From: Octopus vulgaris
Lineage: Eukaryota
Assembly (NCBI GenBank): GCA_951406725.2
Contig: OX597822.1
Location: 59,024,001 to 59,088,000 of the forward strand
Reading direction: 5' to 3'
DNA length: 64,000 nucleotides
In this document: piece by piece, positions 15,261 through 28,370 of the stretch
Numbering within the stretch: position 1 is the first letter of the stretch
How the letters are laid out: each line of letters opens with the position of its first letter
Notes under the pieces: generated by a model
Told to the model about the DNA's origin: nothing
What the model saw: the letters and a program-made list of their open reading frames with translations, nothing else
Databases searched by the model: none
Position numbers and translations under genes: made by a program

Positions 15261-15739
15261 TCACTGTCCATCTGTCTGTCCATTCGCCAGTCCATCTGTC
15301 TGTCCATTCGCCAGTCCATCTGTCTCTCCATCACTCTGTTTACCTGCATGTCTATCTGTCTGTCTGTCTATATACCTATCTCTATCTCTGTTTATGTAAA
15401 ACAAGCATGATCAACCTTTCTCGAGAAGCAAGTCACATGAGACATAGGTCATAATCAAGCGAGCCGCACCACTAAATAAATTCAAGGTCATTTTTCGTTA
15501 GGCGTTCTATCTAGAAAGTCCCTCGGGCTACAAGTTGCCTACGATTGATATAAAGCATCCTCCAATAGATCAGATCAATCTTGTTTAGTTCGTGAACCAA
15601 AAAAAAAAAAAAAGAAGAAAAATGCAATCATTGCCGCCTATACCAAGAAAATATTATTGTTCTTCATCTCCTTAGCCATGAAAATACGCAACGAGAGCCT
15701 AAACGGATATTCCAAATGTCAGGTCCCACCCACTTTCAT

Positions 15740-16075
15740 TAAGTATCCCTCTTGGAAAAACCCACAATTCCTTAAGATAGAAAAGGCTGCATCTCAAAGA
15801 CTAGCCTTCTTCAGAACCAGAAAATACTTCATTCCCAACAATTATTAATTGCTAATCCTCCATAAATCTTTAGGTGTGACTCAAAATAAAGTATCTCTCC
15901 TGCGTCTGTGACGGAGCTGCTGAAAGACATATCCTAAATCTCCTTCACCGTACTAACGACTTACTTCCCGCTCTATCTAGAACGCTGACTCTCTGCAAAT
16001 CTCTTCTTGCGCATATCTTTCCTTGAAGATGTTTCAGAGAGCCTACGAAGGACCATACTCATTAACCAAATTAAA
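15740..16075 (+). pseudogene. LINE ORF2 C-terminal remnant (same type as 4935-5410)
   Basis: SWK...IEKAASQRLAFFRTRKYF resembles the post-RT region; similar to the 4935-5410 copy. Confidence 0.5.
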
Positions 16076-16076
16076 T

Positions 16077-16233
<157 letters not shown>

Positions 16234-17289
16234 CACTGACATACGCATGTATCTTTGGCCTATCTTCTTTCCATTTCTTTATTCTCCCTCCATTTGTCAA
16301 TCTGTTTCTCCATCTATCTGTCTCGCTTTCTACTGCTCGAGGAAGAAGACTGATGAAAGATATGCAGGGAATAGTTTCGTTTCTGTTACCTTATCAGGTT
16401 TCAAGACATTTAAGGAAGACATAAGCAGTCGATAGATTGTTGTTATTAATGCAATTTTAGAAATGCTATGTTTGAATAAATGGTGGGACGGTCACAGATG
16501 GAATGGAATACATTTGATGTGCCGTTACAGAGCAACAACAATATTTACACTGCTATGGCGAGGTCATCACGATGACCGGTAATAAAACCACCACCACCAC
16601 CACCACCGTCATCGTCGTCGTCGTGGCGGCTATGGCCACCACCACCCTGAGATACGCAAAGATTGATATTTGGAATCGCTTGTACCTGTATCAATATCTC
16701 TTTAGCTGCAAGTAGGGCCTTGACGAGTTATAGAAGAGTTAGAAGAGTTTGTTTTTACTCCAGAATATGAAGACTTTGCGAGTGAGAGGTGTCAAACTGT
16801 CACAAACAACCGACAGATGTGGTTTAACAACTATGAATCACTACGCGAGGACCAGCTTAAGTAGATTAATTTCGACCTCCACTCCAGGCCACGCTCCAGT
16901 CTTCTGTTAAATACTTTGTAAGCCACTTCTCTCTAAATTGATTTAAACTCGAGACAGGTGATCCTGGGTAATAATTAAATAATTAATCCGTGAATAAGTT
17001 TAGTAGATGCTGCTGTTGTTTTACCTTTGATCAGTTCTAAGCTCTCAGACGTGCGTTATCAAAGACATCCCAGATGGGACCATCCTCACAAGGTTTTATA
17101 ACAATACAAACAATACAAACATAATTCAGAAACAACACGGAACAAACAATATCTCTTCTCAACGACTTCTACGACTGTCTTCATAAAACAGCTGCACAAA
17201 GCACCCTCGCTGACAGGGTGCATGCGCCTTTATACGGTTTAGGAATGCTGACTTGCTACTCAACAAGGGTGTCAGGATTTCACCAGAAC

Positions 17290-17940
17290 ATTGACAGAAC
17301 TGTTTGCATGCCGGACAAATTGCTTAACAGCATTTCGTCCGTCTTTACGCTTTGATTTCAAATTTTAAGGTCGACTTTGCTTCTTATCCTTTCGGGGTCG
17401 ATGAAATAAATACTAGACAAGTAGTGGGGTTTGGTGTAATCGATTTGTTTCTCCCCCAACCAATTTCAGTCTTTGTACCTATTTGTAGAAAGGATTGTTG
17501 ATTTCAAATTTTTGGCAGAAGGGCAGCAATTTGGGGGTAGGGGAGAGATCCAGTCGGTTACATCGACCCTAGTGTTTAACTGGTACTTATTTTATCGAAC
17601 CCAAAGGAGGAAAGGCACAGTCAGCCTCGGCGGAATTAGAACTCATAACATAACGACAAACGAAATGCCACTGGCGTGCAAATTTACTGGACATGTACCA
17701 AAATAAAGAAAGGATCATTAATGGCAATCAGAGGTTGGCAAGCTGGTAGAACCGTTAGAGCGTTGGACGAAATGCCTAGAGGTATTTCTTCCATTCTGAG
17801 TTCTAATTCCGCCGTGTTCGACTTTGTCTTTATCCCCGCCCAGGGTCGTTTGAATAAAATGACTATCAAATACTGGAGTCAATGATATCGATTAATCTTT
17901 TCCACCCATCAACATTACTGGTTTTATTCCAAAAATCTGA
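17290..17940. mobile_element. Three SINE family B copies (+ 17290-17500, - 17530-17670, + 17730-17940)
   Basis: gtcgactttgc...atcctttcggggtcgat core and tRNA-like heads. Confidence 0.75.
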
Positions 17941-18014
17941 CGGTGGGGAATTGTTATTTGCTTCGGCTCTTTACTATCTTGTTGGTTAGGCGATGAGAGC
18001 TCCTATTCATCCGA

Positions 18015-18231
18015 TCTATATTTCACGTTGCCCCAGTTCACTCAGCTCACAAAAGTGAGTTGTACTAGTAATTCAAAGGGCCAACCATATCACATTCAGT
18101 GTCACGCTGAATCTCCCTGACAACTACGCTTGTCTGTGACGTGCTTAGCCACTTGCACGTTAATTTCGCGAGCTGGCTGTTCCGTTGATCAGATCAACGC
18201 GAACCCTCGTCGTCGTAACGGATAGAGTGCC
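18015..18231 (+). mobile_element. SINE family D body/tail
   Basis: atttcacgttgccccagttcactcagc, shared with 24945-25090 and 45105-45337. Confidence 0.6.
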
Positions 18232-18258
18232 AATATGATGTGTGTATGTGTATGTGTG

Positions 18259-18293
<35 letters not shown>

Positions 18294-18322
18294 GTATTGG
18301 TAAAAGTAATTAAGTTAATCAG

Positions 18323-18615
18323 AAGAAATGAAGGAATCGTTCCTTTATTTATATAGGTAAGGAAGTCTTCAGATTTTCCAAGGAAATTAAATGGAAATGA
18401 TACGAAGTAAAATATTTGCGTTATTACAGTTAAGAATTTTCTGTTTAGCGCTTGAGAATGCTTGAGCTTAGGCACAACGCTAAACAAAAAAAATTAATGT
18501 AACAGCGTAAATATTTCACTTTATTTTATTTTATTCCATTTCATTTCATTGAAAAATTTGAAGACTTTCCTGTATCTGTATATAAATTATCTTAGGAACT
18601 ATTCCTTCATTTCTT
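18323..18615. repeat. Long imperfect inverted repeat (foldback/MITE)
   Basis: Arms 18323-18450 and 18478-18615 (aagaaatgaaggaat...tgtttagcg / cgctaaaca...attccttcatttctt). Confidence 0.8.
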
Positions 18616-18964
18616 TAGACAAGCTTTATTATTTAAAATAATACACGCGAGATTTTGTCTGTCCGTCCGTCCGGGCTCCCTGTATCTTAGTCTACCTTTG
18701 CTCTATAAAGACATATTATACCTTTTTGGAATCAGGATAATCCTGGGATTGAAAATCTGCCCTTCAGTTAGTTCTTGAATATCTAGCATTGGGATCAGGT
18801 CTGGATAAGGATTTGCTATACGCTAACAATAGAAAATTCAAATTTTAAAAGAACTCCCAAAATTTGTGAACTTACAATTTTTTCATTTAAAGGTAATTTA
18901 AAGTAATACCATATTAGTAGGGTACCAATAAATTCTTTGTTATTATTGTACACTTTAGTTTTGG

Positions 18965-19468
18965 CCATTTGTACCTGCAACCACCAGCGTTCCGTTTTTG
19001 ATGCCTTGCATTCACTGTCAAATCCTGGAATCGCTGCCTCGGTGAAGCTTATTACAGCTCGGTTTTTCTGGCCTAATATATGCCGGATAATTCCCGCTTG
19101 GACACGCTCTTGTGTGAAATGCTGGCGTTCTAAAATCCACAGGCACATTCATGCTCCTCATGGACAGTTTTCTCCGCCGGAGACCCACTTTCGCTATGTC
19201 CACATTGATCTAGTTGCACCACGTTTCTCTTACATATTGACATGCGTCGATCGTTTCTCTCGTTAGCATGAAGCCATTCCAATAGTGGACATTTCCGTTG
19301 AGTCAGTTGCTCGAGCTTTCGTTTCTAATTGGATTTCTCCTTTTGGTGTTCCAGCTAGGATAACCACTGACCGTGGACGCCAGTTCGAAGCTTCCTTATT
19401 TCGTGAATTATCACGAATCCTAGGTGTTCATCACATTCGTATGACCAGCTACCATCCAGCTTCCAATT
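18965..19468 (+). pseudogene. Gypsy/Ty3 LTR-retrotransposon integrase fragment
   Basis: LHSLSNPG...RFFWPN...CVKC (zinc-binding), [39 protein letters not shown]; in-frame stop at 19264; no LTR seen. Confidence 0.9.
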
Positions 19469-20009
19469 CGCCCTCCGCAAGAGCTAACTTAAAAGTTCGT
19501 ACGAAGAGCTACTAAGCTAGTTATCAATATAATATTCTGTATACTGAAGTAAAAATAATTATCTTGCAGCATATATAAAGTATCAAGCTAAAATGAATAC
19601 TAGTGAATGCCTTGTGATATACGTGAGGCAACTGAGTGTAGTGTATTGCGGTATCTATATAATCCCCAGTTAAAGCGATTCCCCTGTAGTATTAATGATG
19701 TTTTGTGGTATCTAATTCTGTATGGTACCGCGGTAAAATGCATTCTTATTGTGGTATATTATTTATGTTACATCACTGCTACTAATTACGTAATACTAAC
19801 TGGAGGAAGTAAGTGAATCGTTTGTAAGATGAGTTAGCTTTTAATCTCTTCCCACTCTTTTTCGCCTCCTTTTCTTTCTCTGCTTTCTTCTTCTCCTTTT
19901 GACTTTCTGTTCCCTTCGCTTTAAACTGTGTAAAGCCAGGTGGTTTTGTGATAGTGATGATGACGACTATAACGACGTCAACGGCGACGATGATGATGCT
20001 GGTGATGGC

Positions 20010-20926
20010 GGTGGTGAAGAAGAAAAAGAAAAGAGGGAGGGAAAGAAGAAAGGGAGAATGATGAGACTGAAAAAGAAAGTGAAAGAGATTGAATGAGCGG
20101 GAAAGAGAGAAAGAGAGAGAGAGAGAGAGTGAGAGAGAGAGAAAGAATATGGGATGGTGATAATGTCGTTTGGCCAGAAGGAATAGACAAACGTACAGTC
20201 GTGGACTAGGAGAGATGGTGATAAAGAGATACTGAGAATGTAGGAGAGAGAGAGAGAGAGAGAGTATGGAAGGAGGGAGGAGAGAGAGAATAAGTGTGTA
20301 TGAGTGCGCATGTGAAAGAGTGATAGAGAGTTTTTAATAAAGAGATGGTAATGAGAGAGGTTGAGAAAGTAAAAGAGAGAGTGGGAGACTAAGAGACAAC
20401 GAACAAGTGGGAGAGTAAGTGTATGAGTGAGAGAAAGGGAGGGAGAATGGGTGTATGAGAGAGAAAGAAATACTGGGTAGGTGTGAGCAAGAGTAAATGT
20501 GAGAGTCAATAAGAGAAAGAAAGAAGCAGTGAGAAGCGTGAGATGTGAGAGTCAATAAGAGAAAGAAAGAAGCAGTGAGAAGCGTGAGACTTAGAAGGAA
20601 TAGGTGAGGAAGAGAGAAAAAGAAAGGGAGAGAGAAAGAGAGGGGAGGATAAAAAGAAAGATTAAGAGAAAATAAAGGAAAAAAATCAAAACCGAGAGAT
20701 ATGAGAGAATGAAAGGGTAAATGAAAAAGAGAGATGGAATGTGGAGGGTGAAAAAGAGAGAGAATGAGAAGGAACCATAAAATACATAAATATTTAAATA
20801 AAAGCGGAATTTGAAGAAAAGCAGACGAGAGAGAAAAAATAGCAATAACAAGAGAAAAAGAAATATATTGTTAAATGAAGAACTTGGACAGAAAGAAGAA
20901 AAGGTAGAGTGAGAGAAGGGGGTGGT

Positions 20927-20976
<50 letters not shown>

Positions 20977-21050
20977 ACAAAATAAGAAGATAAAGAAGAG
21001 AAAGTAGAAGGGAGGGAGATAGAAACGCCAGATGACAAAACAAGATGGAG
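20010..21050. repeat. Purine-rich (GA) low-complexity tract with a ~46-bp tandem duplication at ~20498-20589
   Basis: Direct reading. Confidence 0.85.
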
Positions 21051-22611
21051 AATTCGTGAAAGTTTGTTATGTCTGACCCAGTTTTCCACAGCTCACACCA
21101 GACACTTGAACATTAGAGGACCGGTTGCAAACTTGTCACTAGTCAACTCCTAGTCCATTGCACTGAAATAATTGACTCTCTTATTTCTCTTCTGTGATAC
21201 TTATTAAGGCAGTCTATCTATAATCTTTCACGAATTGAAATAAGATGATTTATTCAGGCAAACACTGAATATTTTGTTTAGTAGGAAAGTTTGCACAGAC
21301 AGCATCAAGTTTAGTTAAACAAAGCCATCGTTTTGCTATGGACAGTGAGGGCTTGTTAAATTCAGTAATGAATCCTATAACAGAAAATTTAGTATAGAAT
21401 TTATTTTCTTATTTTCTTTTTTAAAAAAAAATTTTTGTCTTTTGATAAACTAAAATGACAGTGAATAGATTAGAACTGTCAAAATTGCCTGTAGCGTGGG
21501 AGTAATTTGGTTTAAAATGATGTTACAGCTGAGGTTTTCAACGACTTAAGGTTTTGCTGTGAAACTAATGAACCCACGAAAGATTTTGCCTTTATTTAGT
21601 TGTTCAAAGAAGGATAAAAAATCTCGAGGAAAAATTGATGTCAGTATGTTAAGATATCAAATACTCGTCACTTTTATAGTTTTTTTATCTTGAGTAAAAA
21701 ATTTTAATTTTCAGAAGAGGAAGATTATAATTTTTGCATGCTCTACCAAACAGGTTTGTTGGAGGCAAATTGGTGTTCAGTTTGAACTGTAACTGCATCG
21801 TTCTCAAAATTCTATGAGGGTTTTTCAAAGATCATGGTGCTTTGCCCTTTTACAAGTAATACATTATTTGTAGTAATAAACTGTACCTTCTCGTATGATT
21901 TATTTATAACATTAAGATACTCAGCGCCATTAAAAACTTAACATTTAAAATTACGAAATCAGTTTTGGTAAGCAACATCCCCCATCCCTCTCTCATACAC
22001 AACTATACATACCGCACGTAGATACATACATACTCTCGATGACAATTTGTGGTGCAGTTTGTTCAGGTTTGTCCGCCATATTATATGTTAAACTTTCAAA
22101 AGAGCGCCTTCTTTGTTTCATGTGTTTTATACATAATGATAATAGTGTTCCTTCCATTGCACATCTCCCTTCCACGTATTAAGAAATCTTACGAAAAGCT
22201 ACATGTTTGCTGCCTTGAGTTGTTCACTGCTTTCCGTCAATGTAGATCCATTTTACACTTGAAATATATCGAATAATCGTATTATTGTTCGTTATAGGTC
22301 TGCCTTAAACTGTTCGACATTTTCCCGTCGGCATTTATCAGATATTTTTCGTTTTGATATTACACACTGGCTATACATCATGGACATTTTCTATCCAAAT
22401 CACTCTTCATTGTTTGGCCACGTTATTATATAAAATGTATATCAGGTGTTAATCTTTCACTTATGCATCAGTCCCTCTGCAAATCCTTTTTGCTCATCAG
22501 TAAATATTTATTTAATTACTCGGCTGAAAAATACTTGTATTTTCACATCAGAAGTAAACATGATTAATGTGCAGTGGCTCATGTTCTTTCTTTTATCATT
22601 CATAACAATTA

Positions 22612-23594
22612 CGGGTATAATTGTGTGGTTGAGAAGCTCGTATTGCAACCAAATGATTTTGTGTTCAGTCCTATTGCACACTACCTTAGGCAAGTGTCTT
22701 CTGCTATAGTTCAGGGCCGACTAATGCTTTGTGAGTAAATTTGGTAGACAGAAACTGTGGAAGCCCGTCCTATACATATATACATGTGTGTGTGCGTCTT
22801 TGTGTTTGTATTTGTACCCTTCACCGTTTGAAAAACCGGTGGTGGTTTGTTTATGCCCGCGCAACTTAGCGGTTCGGCAAAAGTGATTTATAGAACAAGA
22901 AAAAGTAAATAACTATTGGGTTGTCCGGAAAGTCCGCGCCGATTTATAGTAGCTTAGCTTTCGACTTATTTTAGAACATGGTTGAGTCCATAAAATAGGA
23001 TTTGACTACACTTCCATTTAGTTTAAGCTATCTTTTCGTGGAAGAAGGTTTATGTTCCTATAACCTGTGTTAATTCTGTAACCCTTTAAAATGGAAGATA
23101 AGAAAGTTCATTTTCGGCACTTGATGCTTTGGGAACCAGACAAAAATTGCTGCAGCTCGGCTTGGATGTGTTACCCCACCCTCCGTATTCACCAGATATT
23201 GCTCCTTCGGATTTCCACTTATTCAGGTCTCTGAAGAATAGTCTTAATGGTAAACATTTCAATTCCTTGGATGACGTAAAAAGATACCTTGATGAATTCT
23301 TTGCCATGAAACGACCACAATTCTGGGAAGAAGGTATTTTCAAGTTAAAAGAAAGATGGAGACGCATTGTGCAACAAAATGGTTCATATTTGGTTGATTA
23401 AAAACGTAATGGCAAGTATTTATTGCCCTTTTTCTTTCCTTTAAAAATCGGCACGAACTTTCCGGACAACCCAATACTTTCACAAATACTTTAAAAAAAG
23501 TTGATAACGTGGTCACTTTGTTCGACTAAATCCTTCAATGCAGTACCCTAGTAGTCACAGTCCAATGACTGAAACAACTAAATGACAAAAGATA
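22612..23594 (+). mobile_element. SINE family A (old copy) split by mariner insertion
   Basis: Head and body at 22612-22913; tail (ttcgactaaa...cagtccaatgactgaaacaa) resumes after 23476. Confidence 0.8.
22916..23474 (+). mobile_element. Internally deleted mariner (Tc1/mariner) element
   Basis: 30-bp TIRs ttgggttgtccggaaagt..cgattt with 2 mismatches; TA duplications at 22914-15 and 23475-76; MEDKKVHFRHLMLWE (23091) joined to ...LPHPPYSPDIAPSDFHLFRSL...NGSYLVD*. Confidence 0.95.
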
Positions 23595-23921
23595 ACAACA
23601 CACACGTTTTTGTATACTTGAGAAGTTTTCAAACCAGAAATACTTGAATTCTCGTCTGGGCATGTGAACTTTTAGTTTGATATTTTCTTATTTACTTCCA
23701 TCCTTTTGGTAAATATATGTAGCCATATTTTTTTGCGATTTCAGGTCATATGCTTAACTGTTGTATTCTATTTACATTCCAATTAATATTCCAGTTTCTT
23801 ACCCTGAGTAATTGGACTAGTATTGTTTTCATTTACCATCTAGCACTGCACAGGCTTGTTATTCTTCAGTATACTTCAGGTGTTGTTGACAATGAGTTTT
23901 CATTATTCATAAATATATAAG

Positions 23922-24140
23922 GGAGCGAGCTGGCAGAGTCGTTAGAACGCCAGACAAATTGCTTCACGGCATTTCTTCCGACTTTACTGTTCTGAGTTTA
24001 AATAGCGCTGAAGCCATCTTTGCCTTTAATCTTTATGGGGTTGATAACATATGTGTCAGCTGAGCTCTGAGGTCGATATAATCGACTAAAATCCTTCCCA
24101 AAATTTCAGGCCTTGAGCCTATAGCGGAAAGGGCTATTCA
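23922..24140 (+). mobile_element. SINE family B
   Basis: gcgagctggcagagtcgttag head, gttctgagttt B-box region, tail gccttgagcctatagcggaaagg. Confidence 0.8.
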
Positions 24141-24628
24141 TAAATATAATTTAAATATGTTCTTCAACGGAAAAAATCGGTTTTCGCTTTGATTAATTAA
24201 TTATCACTGCTAAGAAGGAAAAAAGAAGGAAAGTAAAAGGAAACGGAAGTGACGTGGTGAGTGAATGATAAAACAACACTACATAAATATACTGTTATGT
24301 TTATACTACTTTAGTGATGAAAATTTAATTATTTTCCATGTCTTAGACTTGGTTCTGGTTCTTTCTGTTACCTTTTTGTAAGGCCATTTTGTTTTAACTT
24401 GTATTTTCTTTGGACTATTTCGCCACTATTCTTTTTGATAGTTGTTTCAGAAATCGTAAAAGAAAAGAAAATGCAGATCTTTTGAAGAAACTAATTCTTT
24501 CAGACTCTTTTCTTTTTCTTATCCCATCTCGCTTTAGATTTCAGCTTTTAAATCCAACACCTACTACCATTTACTGGTTTTGAGTAAAAGAAAATACTGG
24601 AGGATCAGTTAATCAATTAATTGTAATT

Positions 24629-24700
24629 TTATTCAACATGTTCCCATCTCAGATTCACACACTTATTGCAGTGGTTCTTTAGTTTTTCTAAGCTCTGTAA
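24629..24700 (-). pseudogene. Mariner transposase extreme C-terminal remnant
   Basis: LEKLKNHCNKCVNLRWEHVE* resembles the KLxxRWxKCxxxxGxYVE* end. Confidence 0.55.
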
Positions 24701-24944
24701 AAGAACTCGGAAGGTTGGGCTTCCAACCAGGCCTTTTGCGGTACCCTTAAAACAAGAACTTTTCAACCCTCGTATTTCCGTGGAGAAGTGCAGCTCCTCA
24801 AAATGACAGTTCAAAAACATTACTAGTGATATTTATTCATATCTTTTTTCAAGATAGCATTAACATTTTCTCAAAAAAAAAAAGACCAAAAAAGAGAAAA
24901 ATAGGAAAAGAAAAGAAAGCAAATATTAAAGGTCGTTCCCGATC

Positions 24945-25090
24945 CACCGGCTCATTAGGCCTGTTTGACTGGAGCAACGTGAAATGAACTGTTTTTCTCA
25001 AGAAAACACAACGCACACCCGGTCCAAGAATCGAAACCAGAGTCTCAGGATTATATGGACAACACCGTTATTACTAAACCACGCATCGGC
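24945..25090 (-). mobile_element. SINE family D, head
   Basis: Minus strand GGTTTCGATTC B-box, then ttcttgag...catttcacgttgctccagtc. Confidence 0.65.
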
Positions 25091-25174
25091 ATCTTAATAG
25101 TTCCTGCTCCCAACAATAACACGAATTCTTCCATAATGATGGTAATTTTATTCAGTATCTAATCAATTATTCCT

Positions 25175-25398
25175 TTAAATCTTTAGCATTTAAGCCAGCC
25201 ATATCCAGTCCAAATATTCTACCTGTTTCATGTTCAACTGGCCAGATCTGGTCTCTCTCAACCCACAGTGTTATTCTAAAAATGAACAATCACATCATCA
25301 AAGTCGTAAAGCTACGAAATAATGCATGATTTTATTCAAAACAATGTGAAAAGCAAGCATTATATTTGACCGAGTAATCTGAATGCTAAAAGGGCTAA
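25175..25398. mobile_element. piggyBac-type MITE, decayed
   Basis: TTAA-atctttagcatt at left; aatgctaaaaggg-CTAA at right (imperfect TIR and TTAA-like site). Confidence 0.45.
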
Positions 25399-25681
25399 GT
25401 TTTGTGACCCATTTATATTCCTTCTCCAAATATCTCAAAGCATTCTAAAATCTATGATATCTTATTCAAGACCAATATTACTGTCTGTCTTATATTTTCT
25501 CTTACGTCACGTTTGATTTGGCGCTGGAGGTTTCTTTTATAGAGTTTGTACTTTCTTTTGCTGTTAATAAAGGTTAGGTAGCAAAAGAGGGTTGCAGATT
25601 TTCTTTCATTTCTTTATATTGCTTTTATAATTGGTCTTTATGGCGTCTTTCTCGTCAGCCTCGGCAAACGAAGAAAGAATT

Positions 25682-25882
25682 GCATGCTTTCGTATGGTAA
25701 GAAGCTTGCTTCCCAACCACACAGTTCCGAGTTCAGTCCCGCTACGTTGCACCTTGAGCAAGCGTCTTCTACTATAGCCTCGGGCCGACCAAAGCCTTGT
25801 AAGTGGATTTGGTAGACACACATACATACATACATACATATATATATACATACATACATACATACATACATATGTGTATATA

Positions 25883-25951
<69 letters not shown>

Positions 25952-26366
25952 ATATTCTCTTTCACTCTCTTTTACTTGTTTCGAGCAAATCGTCCCCAGG
26001 ACTTATTCTTTGTACTAGTACTTATTCTATCGGTCTCTTTTGCCGAACCGCTAAGTTACGGGGACGTAAACACACCAGCATCGGTTGTCAAGCGATGTTG
26101 GGGGGTGGACAAACACAGACACACAAACATATACACACATACATATATACGACGTGCTTCTTTCAGTTTCCATCTACTGAATCCACTCACAAGGCTTTGG
26201 TCGGCCCGAGGCTATAGTGGAAGACACTGGCCCAAGGTGCCACACAGTGGGACTGAACCCGGAACCATGTGATTGGTAAGCAAGCTATTTACCACAGCCA
26301 CTCCTGCGCCTATGTATACATATATATAAATACATATATACATACATGTGTGTGTATGTGTGTGCG

Positions 26367-26406
<40 letters not shown>

Positions 26407-26573
26407 TGACAACTTGTGGTGGTGTGTTTACATCTCTATAACTTAGTGGTTTCGAATAAGTACCAGACTTTAAAAAAAGGTACCGCGATCGATTCATTCG
26501 ACTAAAAATACTTCAGGGAGGTGTCCCAGCATGGTCGCAGTCTAATGACTGAAACAAGTAAAAGATAAAAGAT
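25682..26573 (+). mobile_element. SINE family A (head 25682-25818, tail 26404-26573) interrupted by an opposite-strand copy
   Basis: Both halves match family A and flank microsatellites plus the inserted copy. Confidence 0.75.
25965..26312 (-). mobile_element. SINE family A, near full length
   Basis: Head at 26312, tail ctcttttacttgtttc at 25965. Confidence 0.9.
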
Positions 26574-26659
26574 AATTTTCGAGGGTAAAACTACTGGCTT
26601 TGAGTTTTGTTTTGGGTTTCTGTTTTGCTTCGTTTTGTTTTTTTTCTGTTGTGTTTTGG

Positions 26660-26960
26660 TTTTGTTCTTTCTAATGCTTTGAAAGTATTCTCTCCATTGT
26701 AGTGTCTAGTGCCTATATTCTGCTGTGTTGTGTATATAAGTGCAGGTTCTAGCCTGTTAGTTATGTATCTGTCCGCCTTTTTTTATTAGCCATCCCTGAA
26801 TGTCCTGTCGTTATATAACAGGAGAGGCATTTGAGATACATCGCTTATAACAGGTCACCACATAGAGTATTCTACCAGACATCTATTTCAGATCTCTTCA
26901 GATTGTGTTGACTTTATCGATCTGCAATAAAATCAATAGAGAGCAATGGCAAATATCCTC
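26660..26960 (-). pseudogene. Degraded Dong/R4-type retrotransposon C-terminus
   Basis: Minus strand fragments (...DLK..., GWLIKKADRYIT...) resemble the post-RLE helix region; frameshifted. Confidence 0.4.
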
Positions 26961-27150
26961 TTCCATATAAGGGGTTTGCCCAATTTTGTGTATTTTAGTT
27001 GGAAAGTACCAGATATATTGGAATTTGTCATATAACCGGTTCTTCCAGTTAGTCTTGAGTTATATTACCCTCACCTAAACGTTTATCACCTTATCTCGTA
27101 TACTCTCTTACTCTCTCTCTCTCTCTCTCTCTCTTTATCACACATAAACG

Positions 27151-27193
<43 letters not shown>

Positions 27194-27314
27194 ATGTATG
27201 TATGTATGTATGTATGTATGTATGTACATGTATGTACATGTATTATATGTGACAGGCGGTGCCCCAGCACGGCTGCACCTTTGGAACTGAAACTAGTAAA
27301 GGATAAATGATCTA

Positions 27315-28370
27315 TATATAAGAAACAAGTTAAAAATAATGATCATTACGTATAATTCTTTTATTAGAGCAAATTTGACTCACAGCTGTTTCCAGTAGTT
27401 CCTGATAGGTTACTCAATTGGTCTATTGATCAATTGACATAAATTGAACGACCTCATAAAATTAACGCTACTTTAGCCAGAGCCGTTGCTGGAAATAACA
27501 AGCAGAGCACTTGAAGAATGGTTATTGTATGAGGGAAGTGGGGGGAAGTTTGGGATGCTTAAGTAGAATAGGTGAAGGCAGGTTACAAGGGGGTGGGAGC
27601 AATTGAAGGAATTGTACTTAGTAGAAGTAGCAGTATTAGTATAAGTAATAGTAGTATTAATAGTTGTAGTAGTAGGAGTATTGTATTGTCAAATTCAGAA
27701 GAGGGACAATCACAAACATAGGTCGGCACCCATTACCAGCACCTATTAATGCTAATATTGTAGCATTAATAGGTGTTACTGATATAATTTTGAGTTATTT
27801 AACACAGTACGTCCATAAGAGATATTACTTCCGGACGAATACCTCAGTTAAATTAGCTTTCTGTGGTGCATTTGCTTTGAGTCTGATACACAGATTACTA
27901 GCTTAGAATACAGTATCACACAGTAGTTATGTAACGCAGGGCAGCGCTTGTTAGAATTTTTTTCTGGTTATCACTGCTTTTATTTTACTAACACTTTTTC
28001 AGTGCCCCCTTAGTACCTTTAGGGTATATACACATAATATTGGGACATAGTGTTATTCACTGCCATCACTCGCAAGCGAGCATGACCTGGTTGCTTGTAT
28101 CATGCTTTCGCTAATTGTTTTGGGTACTTATGCTGTTGCGAGCAGACATACACACCTACCAACTCCCCCACTCTTGACTCACGGAATATCCATCTAGAGG
28201 GAGAGAGAGGGCTTAACTAGCACTCGGTTGATACTAATTTCAGCTGAATTAACACTGAGTTATCAGTGAACAGAAATATGACTGATGATGCGCCTAGGCT
28301 CAACACAATTTTGTTATATGAATTCTTGCTTTGTTTAGTATTTTTTATAAACATAGAAGAAATTAATCCA
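27315..28370. mobile_element. Possible Penelope-like remnant with decayed hammerheads on opposite strands
   Basis: Minus strand GAAACAGCTGT at 27381-27391; plus strand atatga-CTGATGA-T-GCGCC-ta-GGCTC-aacacaatt...ttatat at ~28276-28319. Confidence 0.3.

Noticed and set aside
19967-21089. Leu/Ser/Phe-rich membrane-like ORFs
   Set aside because: Antisense of the GA-rich low-complexity tract
23129-23401. Functional transposase or SETMAR-like gene
   Set aside because: Only the C-terminal quarter remains, inside TIRs; most of the catalytic and DNA-binding regions are deleted
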